A stretch of 64,000 nucleotides of DNA from Chara braunii. Taxonomy: Eukaryota > Plantae > Charophyceae. Where the stretch lies: contig BFEA01000013.1 in assembly GCA_003427395.1 (NCBI GenBank), forward strand, positions 1,867,827 through 1,931,826, in the 5' to 3' direction. Every line of letters begins with the position of its first letter. Positions within the stretch are counted from its first letter, which is position 1. Below, piece by piece: positions 12,146-22,601 of this stretch. Below the pieces are notes generated by a model. The model was not told the origin of the DNA. It worked only from the letters and a program-made list of their open reading frames with translations, and made no database searches. Both the position numbers and the translations under genes were made by a program.

Positions 12146-12435
12146 GAACTACCCCACAACCTTTGTGTTTGAATGAGATTGTGCTATCCCCGTTCTGTTG
12201 AGGTGATAATCCAAGTAGACATTCGGGTAAACCCCCACAGGGCTAATCCCGACGGTGTCCTTTCTGATAACACTAAAAGTATTTGTATCCTTTCCTTGTT
12301 AGGGTTTATTTTGGTGGAACGATGAAGTTCCGAGCGGAAGGGTTAGCGTGTCGCTGGTGTTGCGCCAGACAACTCATCACCGCTCCAAATTCCTTCCCGC
12401 CCTAGGAGTCGTCTTACCCCGCACCCTTTGGGGCA
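12146..12435 (+). repeat. Internal direct repeat, copy 1
   Basis: GAACTACCCC...CGGAAGGGTTAGCGTGT...GTCTTACCCCGCACCCTTTGGGGCA, repeated at 21620-21904. Confidence 0.9.
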
Positions 12436-12906
12436 CCTCAGGGTGCAGAAGACGGAAAGACCATCAGGCCGGTTTTGCGCTCTCTAAAGGGTTACCTCCC
12501 CTTAGCGCGCGCTTCAGCCAACGCCTTAGCGTCGGAAGTAACCCCATGGTTCCGAAATGGCCATTTAGGTATGGGCACCACATAATTGTCGGGGATCTCG
12601 GCTGCCTACCGGGGTCCTTAAGAGAACGAACCCAGGTTAAGTGTCGGCTGATGATCTAGGCAAAACGACAAAGGTTATAGGTTGGATTGGCTTATATAAG
12701 AGGGATGTATATGAAGTCATAATAAGACTGAGCGATATATAGTGCGACTAAAGGTTGTATCTTGGGCGTGAATGACTAATGGTAGAGCGGTTAGCTAAAC
12801 CTAGAAGTAGAGAATGATGTAGGGCAAACCCTCTGGAACTTGACGAACTGCTTACCGATCTGTCCCCTATTACTCCTGTCAGGTTGGTTAGCAAAAAGGG
12901 GTAAAG

Positions 12907-14710
12907 ATGCCAGACAACGATGGAATCGAGCGGGGCCCGGACGCTACGCCGGAGGACTTCGTCAAGGCACTCGAGAAAAGGGAGTTGGCACGGCTACAAG
13001 TGTCAAAGATTGACATCTTCCACTTCGAAGGGGAGAGGGTGTCAAAATGGTTGGAGCTCCTGGAGCAGATTACGGTCGAGGTGCCAGAAGCGGATAAATT
13101 CAAGTACCTACCTCGATACATCTAGTGGGAAATCCGGCCTGAGATAATGAAAGTAGCTGCCGGAGCAAGGGGAGACTGGGCGAAGTTCAAGGCGGAGATG
13201 CAAAGGCGATTCAAGTTAGGGGATGGTTTGCTGACAAAGACGGACTTGGAAATGCTACAACGTGATGAGTTCTCCACGGTAGGAGCCTTCGCCACGGCGT
13301 TTGAGAAAACGGCCAAGAAAGTCCCAGGGTTGGCAGAAGAGGAACAGTGTGCCACTTTCCTGGGCACTTCAAGAACTGGGAGACCTCGTCGCTAACTAAG
13401 AAGGCTGCGCCAGGAAAAAAGCTCACTTGGGCTGCCATAAAGGAAGGCGTAATGGACGGAGAACTGGACCAGGTAGACATCTTCCATATGAGACAGACTA
13501 GGAAGAAAAGGAAGGCCTTAGACGCTACGACGAGTGATGGGCGCGACTTCAAGAAAATGGTGGAGGATGCGGTGGCCCAACTCGATGCAGCGAAGGAGGC
13601 AAGGAGAAAAACTATGGCGGCATCGCAGACCCAAGGTAAAGCAAAGAAAGCGATGGTGCAGGAGGAAGAAGAAGAGGAAGAGGAAGAGGAAGAGGAAGAG
13701 GAGCCGCAGAAGTTGACAAAGGCTCAAAGGAAAGCAAGGAATTTGGCTCAAGGGGGGCAAGGCTCGGGGAGGGGCCAGATCCCACAAGCTGTAGCCATGC
13801 CGCCCCCTGAGTCGCCTAGTCAGTCCGCACCAGTACACTATGGGTCGTGGCCAGGGTGCGGACCCCCGAGTCATTGGCATGGGCACTGTTCATACGCCCC
13901 GTGGCCGATGAGCGGGCCGCATGGGTCGTGTGCCGGACCCTCAGTGAGTGCGGCTTCCTGTGGCTGCCCGGGACCCCAAGTGCAGCAAGTGAGCCGCCCG
14001 AACCCACCGCCAAAACAACCCCAACAGTCAGCCCCACAAGGTTCACAAGGCAATCAAGGGGGTGGACGTGGACAGAACCAAGGATGGGGCCGAGGGCGGG
14101 GGAATGGTGGCCGAGGAGAAAACGGTAGAGGGAATGGTGGTGGTAACGCTTCAGGTGGCGGAAACGAGGGCTGGACGGCATCCGGGAGTCAAGGCGGTCA
14201 AGAGTGTGGAAGAGGTGCTGGCAGAGGGAGGATAGACTGGAGAAATGCCATTTGTTGGCACTGTGGGCAGAAAGGTCATACTATTAAGTTCTGCCACGTG
14301 AGGAGGAACGACGAGGACGAAGGTTTAATTAGCACCAACTATGATGGAGACGTGTACGACAAGTGGGGGTACCACCTTGACCCGAAGATTCCGGGCGGTA
14401 CGAGGAAGGAAGCCCTGCGAAGGGCTGAGGCCGGTGAGCCACCCGCACCTCCAGCCATGTTTCGGATATGGCAGGAGAAAGAGGTCCGTAGTGACGTCAG
14501 GGTGGAGGAGGCAGGAGAGAACGAAGAGGTGGAGCAAGAAAGGAAGGTCGGCACTACTAAGGCATAACCGATCATGGTAGAGTCGGACGATGAGATTGAA
14601 GAGGATTACTGGAACAGGCCGTTGCATGCCGAGACAGGGGAAGACTATTGGAGAACGGTCCGACAGACAATGGAGAGAATGGAGGACCTGATAGACAAAG
14701 TCGGGAGAAG
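12907..14710 (+). pseudogene. gag: Retrotransposon Gag pseudogene (Ty3/Gypsy-like) with CCHC zinc knuckle, truncated before pol
   Basis: ORFs 12907-13125, 13147-~13365, 13347-14567 and 14574+ join across two stops and one frameshift. Capsid-like N-terminus (FHFEGERVSKWLE...W..FK.EM.RRF), RG-rich tract, and CWHCGQKGHTIKFC at 14253-14294. Confidence 0.85.
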
Positions 14711-15880
14711 CCCGACACCGGTTGCTTGTTGGGGTGATGGAAAACTGCCGCTGCCGCTCGTTCCCTTGGCCGAGTTAAGCACTGGGCGCTGTGCAGAGAA
14801 AGGCAGCGAGGGTGAGAGAGAAGGGGTAGGAGGAGTTAGAGGAGAAGGATACAGTACAGGTAAACATAGACGGACCAGAAGCAAGGAAAGAAGGTGACGA
14901 CAACAGAAGGGGAGTCAAGAGACTTACCTGGCGCAGTAGTCGGCAGTGTCCCAACGGAGATCCGCTTTCACGTTGTACCGTTGGAGACTGGAATACGGTG
15001 GCCCGTACTCGTCGTGGCGACCCCAATCTAGTACCATCCGGGGAGAGCTTTCGGCGGGATGGTAGTTACCGCCCCACTGGTGGTCCTACCTCTTCTCATA
15101 CTCGACAGCGCTGGCCTTGCCCTCGAAGATCATACGAACCTGGCCTGGAGACCGGCTAGGTGCACTGGGGAGAAAGACGAAGGTGGCAAAGGAAGGCTGT
15201 ACCTGAACAAGGCGTAGTACCGGGTGCATGCAGCGACAGGGATGGAAGGAGTAAGGGGAGGAAAAGCTATGGGGGGAGTGGCTGGTCATACCACGCTTAA
15301 TCCATGACGGATTTGAGAAGGGAAGGAAGCAGGGGATAGTCTTTTTGTAAGGCGAATTCAGCTCTGCAGTCAGATTGAGCAAAGGGTTAGAGGAATAGAA
15401 AGAAAAAAAAAAAAAAAAAAAAAAACCAGGCGTGGGTGAGTCGAGAAAGAAGAACAACAAAAAAGAGAGGAGTGAAAACTGTGTAACTTGGTCATTTCTC
15501 AGCGGATTCGGGCAAGAAAGGATGCTAAACTGGGGTTTCGGGCCACTGCGAGCACCATGGCGGTGTCAGAATTAGTAGTAAGGGGTTAGTTTTAGTGATA
15601 CAAGTGTTAACAGCTGCGCGGAAGGTAGAACTCCATGACTGTCGACAAAAGGTAATGTACCTTTCCACTTTTTGGCGGGAGATTCATTCACCTTTTCTTT
15701 CACTCATCTTCCGTAAGTGCCGCAGGGGAAACACAACGACTGTTTGCCTTGGAAGTACGCCCGGCTTTTATTTCGGTTTCCACCACGTTCGTAGTCTGTA
15801 TGCTAACGCTTTAGTTTTCTCTCTAATTTTGACTGAATCGGGCCATAATAAACGTAAGGTCCATCCATGGAGTAGGCGCG

Positions 15881-15938
<58 letters not shown>

Positions 15939-15951
15939 CACCTACCTCGGA

Positions 15952-16066
15952 GAATGGGCGACACGGGATGAACCGCAAGTCGAGCTACGGTGCCAAGCTG
16001 CGGGCGGACCAACTCCAAGTGGGTCATTTTTGGTAGGCAGAACAGACGACGCGGGGTAAACCGAAC
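15952..16066 (+). pseudogene. Two short rearranged 28S/25S rRNA-derived fragments
   Basis: CTCCAAGTGGGTCATTTTTGGTAGGCAGAAC and GGCGACACGGGATGAACCGCAAGTCGAGCTACGGTGCCAAGCTGCG match the conserved LSU segment CCATTTTTGGTAAGCAGAACTGGCGATGCGGGATGAACC. Confidence 0.75.
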
Positions 16067-18924
16067 GAAGAGCAGCAACCTCAGGACTGCAGGGGACGTA
16101 TCTTTCCACTTGCTAGTGGAAGGTTCATTCTCATTTTGTGCAGTTGGTGAGTGCGCTGCTGTGCAGTTGGTGAGTGGCAGCGCACGACCCATAGTTGTTA
16201 TCGGTTCGTCGTCATTAGATCCTGCTGTGGCGATCGTACTCATCATAGCCTTAGTTGGTAAAGCTTGCCCTCCCCGAGCCTTAAGCCATCCGTTTTGCGA
16301 TGGTATACGGCTGTATACGATCGTATACGATTGTGTGTTTCCTCTATTTTTATTCTTTTTCGTGTGTGTGTTCAGCAATTTACGAAATTCTCTTTCAATT
16401 TACGAAATTCTCTTTCTGTTTTTTCTTTTCTCTCCTGCTAGCATTTCCAGCAAGTCAGGGTAGACCCTCCTAGTGATGCCCCTAAGAAGGCCACAATCTC
16501 TCATTAGCACTGCATGCTCGGATTAAAGCCTAATGGCACTGAAAGATGACGTCCAGAGATTACATTGGAGACGACACTTGGAGTGCTCCGTGTGCCATCA
16601 ATAGAGGAGTGCTGCTGGGATAGACTTTGTGCTCTGAGTGCGAGAGAGTGTGACTCCTTGGACAGCAAAGGGTGGGTGNTATTGGAGAGGCTGATTTATC
16701 CACGCCGAGGCGAAGCTGGAAGAAACAGAGGGGATGTCTTCATGAGCAATCATTGAACGAGGGTTGTGGTCCTGAGGTGGCAGTATCTTGGCTTGGGGTT
16801 TAGCATGTGCCGTAACCACGTTCCTTTCGACAGGCTGGTTTATTGACTTCCAGCCTCTGGATGCTTGCTCGTCTGATGCTCGTTGCTCCTCCTGCGTGCT
16901 GGCCTGCCTGCTTGTCGAACCCTTCTTGACTCATGGGCTTGATGTCTCGGGTGGACTGTTCTGCGCGATCTTGATGGACTGTGCCCGGACAATAAGGTTA
17001 GCCCTGGAGGCGCAATTCGCCCTTGACGGTATTGCTGGTCTTTGCAGCCTGCAGGGGCGAGATTATTGCTGTACNATAGGCAATANCTGTTGTCTTGGCT
17101 TGTTGGTAGGCTCGAGAGGGGCGGGGCCGCTGAGTCAGTAGTTGAACGTCAGGCTAGTAAAGTATAGACCGAGCTGATCTCAGAATTGGTGAAAAGTCGA
17201 GCAACCACAACTAGAACGAAGACCGCCACCTCAACCTGGGAAGTTCCTACTCCCTTATCAGGCGGCTGCCTATGTAGCTGCACTATTATTAGACTACTGC
17301 TGAACTGCTGCAGTTGTCATGGCTGCTACGACCCCGGGTGAGCGACGCGGGTAGCGGTTGAACTGTGCATCGTTGGGCTACCTGATCGAAAGGCTGCGCT
17401 GAGGGAGAAGGTAGAGGAAGCAGCCTGGCAAAGTTGTGTAGTTTCAACTGTGCTGAGTTCGTGCGGGGGACTGTGCCGAGCGATAGCATGCAGATTTAGT
17501 GTGACTTGTATCATTGCACTGTCGACGAGGTACCGGCGCTGATCATAGCACTGTTGTTCCTTGAGGTACTAGGTTATCAGGCTGGTACTGCCGTGGTTCT
17601 GGTTGTGNGGCGTTGCCGGTTTCTGCNGGTCGGTGCCTTTTGCTGGGTCTCGCCGTACTCGCGGCATCATTTACTAAGCATCNCTGGGGGTTACTGTTAT
17701 GCTAGCCTACTGCAAAGACTGTTGCTGTTCTCGAGTGGGCTGATGCTACGACCGGGGTTTGCTCAAGAAGAGGTCACTACTACGTCTTGAGGGCCTGACG
17801 GGGGACTGTTATTTTTCAGGACTTGGTACGGTTGCAGGGCGCTCGGGGTTTTGAGTTTCGACAGCAACTGCGGTGGGGAGGATTGCTGCTGGGCAGCACA
17901 GTGCCCTTTGCTGGGTACTGCTGCTGGGCAGCATGGTGCCCTTCGCTGTGTATTGCTGCTGGGCAGCACGGTGCCTTTCGCTGTGTACCACTACTGCGTG
18001 TGTCAGGGGCTGCTGGTATGGTGGCGGTATAGCGGCTATCTTCTGGGAGGCTACAGCTACGGACTGTGCATTGGTGGGGCCCTCGCCGGGCTACTACCGC
18101 AGTATACCATAGATGCTCTCCGTCACGGCGGAGCTGCTGTTGCTATTTGGGGGGGGGGTCTATCCAAAACGCAGCCCTTCCCAGGCTGTGTGGCTACGGT
18201 TCGGACAGTGGATGCTGTTGTTGGCCAAGGTCTGGACTGGTTGCTGTGGTTACCGGCTACTAGCTACTGCATATTGTGGGCTGTGCACAGGCCACCGCTA
18301 CGAATTGCTGCGAGCTGCGGCTGGCTACAGTTGCTGCTGTTGCTGGCAAAAAACTGTTGCTGCGGGGGCTGTGTCGCTCCTGTTTCTTTGGGAGCAGCAG
18401 CGACAGGTTGCGGACAACTGAGACTCGCTGAGCTGCTGCAGCCAGCCAGATGGGGCAGTGACAGCTACCACCGCTGCTACAGAACCAGGTTGCCACAGTG
18501 CACGGACTGTGGGTTGCTGTGCGCTTGGGGACTGATGCGGGGCCACTTCGTGGCACACCTGGTACTTGTCGTACGTTCGCTGATGTGGGTGGCTGGCTGT
18601 GCATTAGCTACATGGAGAAGTGAACAGGCCGACATAAAGGTGTTGCAATGACTTAGTGGACGTCAGGGGGGTTGAGTTCAGCGGGAGGCTTCAGAAGTTG
18701 AACAGGCTGTTACATTGGTCGTCATTGCGGAGCCCTCAGGCGCATCAAGACAACGAGGCCCTCTCCAGTGAGCTAAGCGCACCTCTCTTGGATCCTGAGA
18801 GTCTGAACCTTTCTCCATCTATCCTTCTTACTCTCAGTCTGGTCGTTGGTTACGAGAGGAAGGCGGCAAACGGGATTGCAACCCGTAGGTCCACGCCAAG
18901 GCCTCTGTGGGAGGTTGCCCCACC

Positions 18925-18985
18925 GATTGCGGGAGCTCTGCCGGAGCCCAGGCGGGGTTCTGGAGGCAGGGAACTTCAGGTATAA
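18925..18985 (+). promoter_or_regulatory. Conserved hairpin plus 5' splice donor (copy A)
   Basis: CCGGAGCCC-AGGCG-GGGTTCTGG followed by CAG|GTATA; a pyrimidine tract and CAG acceptor lie at about 18805-18837. Confidence 0.6.
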
Positions 18986-19214
18986 TCTCGCTAACCTGTG
19001 TGATCCCTTCCCCTATCTCCTATCCCCTAGGTATCTGAATGTGTATATGGGAGGTTATTACTTTTTGTTTTGTTATGTATGTCAGGACATGCATTGTGGA
19101 AAGCTAAATGAACAAGTATATATGAGTGTTCATATAAGCTTGAGTGAAGTCAGAAAGAATGAATTGGGGGAAGGTGGGAGGAAGGTGTATCGCTTGCTGT
19201 GACCAGGTCAACCC

Positions 19215-20490
19215 AAGGCTGGGCCCCTCTAAGTTGGTGTGGGCTCAGTGCTGTGTTTTATTCATGTTTGCTGGGCTGCTTGTATGGTTTGGAGGGTTGG
19301 GCCTATCCTAAGTTGGACGGACCAGTCGCTGTTTTTTTGGGGTTTCTGAACAGGAGGATGGGCACCCTAAGTTGGGAGGTCCCAAAATCCTGGTGGTTTT
19401 TTTGTGGGTTGCTGAAAATAGAGTTGGGAACACTCTAAGCTGCGTGGACTCAGTTCTGTGTGTGTTTTTTTCTGAGGGGGACACAGGCATGAGGCTGAGC
19501 ATACCCTTAAGTTAGGGCGGCTCAGTCATAAGCCATGAACACAAAGGTCAACCAAAGTATACAACTTTGATACATACTATACGAACCTATATCATCTGAC
19601 AGACCGGGCACCCTAAGTTGGGAAAGCCAGTCAGTAAGTCAGGTAGAACAATAAGAAGAAAGAAGTGATAAAGAATACAATGATGGTAACCAGGGAAGAC
19701 TGAGCGTACCCTTCAGTTAGGGCGGCTCGGTCCTATGCTCGTAATAAGACAAAGGATCAGCAAGTTAGTATAAACTTGTTTTATTTTCCCTTCTAAACAC
19801 GAGGCAGGGTTGGATGTCTCCCTAAGTTGGGTAGGTTTGATCATCTGCCTAATAAGAGAGAAACACATAAAGTTTGTGCATGTATCAATGGTGGTTTTCA
19901 TATGATTGTCGTTACGGAGGCTAAGCGTACCCTTAAGTTAGGGCGGCTTGGTCATACGTCGTTGTGCCTTGTTCAGGCAGATTCTGTCTTATATAACTAT
20001 ACTGTTTAAGTCAGCTAGGCGTACCCTGAAGTTAGGGCGGTATGGTGATAGGCTCTTGTCGTTGGTGTGATGTAGGTTGGACATACCCTTAAGTTAGGGC
20101 GGTCTGACCATTCGTCGTTCGTGCTTGTTGTGTAGGTTGAACGTACCCTTAAGTTAGGGCGGTCTGACCATTCGTCGTTCGTGCTTGTTCTAGGCAGGCT
20201 AGGCATACCCCTAAGTTGGGGCAGCCTAGTCCTATGCCCTATGTAGCCAGGTCTATGAGCTGGTTAGGCATACCCTTAAGTTAGGGCAGTCTAGCTTTAT
20301 GCTTCATGTCGTCAGTTCAAGCAGAAGCCAGGCGTACCCTTAAGTTAGGGCGGTCTGATCATATGCTTTATGACTAGAGTTTATCTGGAGTTGGGCATAC
20401 CCTTAAGTTAGGGCAGTCCAGTTGTGCGTACCTTTACTTGTTTACTTAGGCAGGTTGGACATACCCTTAAGTTAGGGCCTTGTCTGATCC
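19215..20490 (+). repeat. Array II: ~17 stem-loops with core RTACCCT-TAAGTT-AGGGCR and variable spacers
   Basis: Period about 60-110 bp; each core is enclosed by its own complementary 7-9-bp arms. Confidence 0.9.
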
Positions 20491-20869
20491 TATGCCATAA
20501 GTGAGGGAGTTATTGAAAGGGAACAACTTAGTGATCTAACGAACTACCTGGGCAAATGTATGTGGGATTGTGAGAGATGCATGCTCATGTATGATTGTAG
20601 GGTTTCACTTGGGGTATCTTTTCGATAGGTTAGTTGCTTTAGATGCTCGCCAAGTGCAGGAGCCATAGGTAGGTCAGATAGATGTTGGGAGGGAAAACTT
20701 CGGATGAGGATAGGACTGACCCTGCTAGGGGTTAGGCCCAATGCTAGCCCCCGGTCTCATCTAGAGGTCGTGTTGGTTGTCATTGAGTCTGGATCATCAC
20801 GCAGATGTCGGAAGTTAGTCCCAAGTATAGTTGCTTTGTTTCGTTGCTTTTTCAACTTTGTATAAATCT

Positions 20870-21000
20870 TGGCAGCCTCCTGTTCCTACAGGAAGTGCTG
20901 CCGAAATTTCTAGCAATCTGAGGGAGTTGGTCATTTTTTTACTCATAGAAATTCTGAAAAGGCACTTTTTCTATGGGAAGAGCTGCCGAAATTTCGTAGA
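20870..21000 (+). repeat. Array IV, two units (GGCA...TTYC-TAYR-GGAAG.GCTGCCGAAATTT)
   Basis: Reverse complement of the units at 31815-32430 and 45230-45850. Confidence 0.7.
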
Positions 21001-21619
21001 ATTTTGGGAGTTAGAATGTTTTTCAGTTGGGAGTTACTTAGCAGACCTATCCTGATTAGAGGAGATGCTTAGTGACCTGGTACTCGTAGAGGAGCTAGGA
21101 CGCGACTAGGGGGATGTTCTCCCCTTGGCACAAGCATGAGTAGTACTCTTCTTTCGCCTGTACTGTGATGCAGGTTTCCGAGTTATCATTTGAAGGCTTG
21201 ATCTGATCAAGTTATTTCGTCAAAAGGATTACTCTTCTGTTATCGCTGATAACAGGTCGGTTGCCGACTCGTCGGTCTGCGACTCAACCCCAACTCACCC
21301 TCAACACCCATCCCTAAAAGGCTTTAGCCCTGGTGATTTTGTTTGTTTTGTTAAGGCTTCACCCAGACTTTTATTGAATGGTCATTTAACAGAAGTACAG
21401 AGTACTTAATTATCGTTGGTTGGCTGGAGGTAAGGGCTTGTGTGGCTAAAGCGAGGGGTGTGAGTGGAGAGGCTGGTTGGAGTTGACCCCGTGTAGCATG
21501 TGGATCTTTGTTTGATATCGTGGTGTGATTGCAGGTATGTAAGGAAGAGTCTCGATTGATTCATGTTGAGTGGTATTGCGTGGATTCAGATGGGCAGACG
21601 ACACAACTGTTGTGAGAGT

Positions 21620-21904
21620 GAACTACCCCATAACCCACTTGTTTGAGTGAGACGGTTTTGTTCGCGTTTCAATAGGGTGGTAATAAATGTGCGTTCGGGT
21701 AACCCCTATAGGGTTAATCCCGACGATGTATTTCTTGATGATGCTAAGGGTAGTTGTTTTATCCTCGTTGGAGTTTATTTTGGTGGGACGATAGAGCTCC
21801 GGGCGGAAGGGTTAGCGTGTTGCCGGTGGTGCGCCAGACAACTCACCACCACTCCAATTCCCTTCCTGCCCTGGGGGCCGTCTTACCCCGCACCCTTTGG
21901 GGCA
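21620..21904 (+). repeat. Internal direct repeat, copy 2
   Basis: Matches 12146-12435. Confidence 0.9.
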
Positions 21905-22129
21905 ACCCTCGAAGTTAGCAAGGGCCACAAGGCTACGAGTACACCAGAGTACCCCACCAGCGCGAATGCTTGCGAATGCCCGCATGGCTGGTTGTCATGA
22001 GGAGGTCATGCGCTCGCTCGACTCTTATACGGAAACCCAGCGCGCGACGCCTATCTGCTTCTGTTGCGTAAAAGTATGGGTCGGATACTGAAGGGACTAG
22101 GAGTGGTGTCGTGGCGTTGTTTGTGGCGG

Positions 22130-22601
22130 TCGTTCTGTGTGTGTTTCTGTATGTTATGAGTGGGTAAGTATGAGTATCGTGGTGTAGCGCGTGGTGAGAG
22201 TAGTGCGTCCTAGTCGACCGACGCCGAGTCACATTTGGAATTTCAGCCCCCCAGTACGGCGAGGCGCGTGCGGGTTCGATCTTCGGGCGTTCGACCGCGA
22301 GTAACCCTCTATGCTACAGCGAACGAGAAACGCCCTCGGCTAGGCCACCTCTGCAATTGCATACGAAAAGTTTTCGCATGTGGTTCAGTAGCTCAGCAGG
22401 GATACGCCCACCTAAGGGATGGTGACAGCTCCCACAGGTGGAGGTGGCGGTGCCTCACGTGACTTTGTCATGTCGTAGGGGCTCGCGAGAGGTACGGCTA
22501 GCGCACTCGGCCGGAGCGGCAAACGCTCTCCGCGACAAGTCCAGCATAATCCTGAGTGACGCGGCCGGGAGGGTCCCCGTGTGGGACCGATGCGCTCGAC
22601 A
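22130..22601. repeat. Right inverted terminal repeat (X-type terminus)
   Basis: Reverse complement of 11670-12145. Confidence 0.9.

Larger units (their letters stand above)
11670..22601 (+). mobile_element. Copy A: 10.9-kb Gag-bearing element with inverted terminal repeats and internal direct repeats
   Basis: Termini TGTCGAGCGCATCGGTCCC...GGGACCGATGCGCTCGACA; flanks CCGT/CCGC; removing it restores an array I unit. Confidence 0.75.

Noticed and set aside
17851-18651. 266-aa Cys/Gly/Leu-rich ORF
   Set aside because: GCT/CTG-rich low-complexity sequence with a short tandem repeat; no motif, and not conserved as an ORF in copy B.
19215-20490. CRISPR array (also 33200-33930 and 46140-46756)
   Set aside because: Eukaryotic repeat context, no cas genes, degenerate repeats and uneven spacers. 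Spacer ends pair with each other around the repeat, and spacers are homologous between copies B and E.
11670-22601. Assignment as DIRS or Ginger
   Set aside because: No RT, tyrosine recombinase or integrase sequence is visible, and the traits fit neither class fully.
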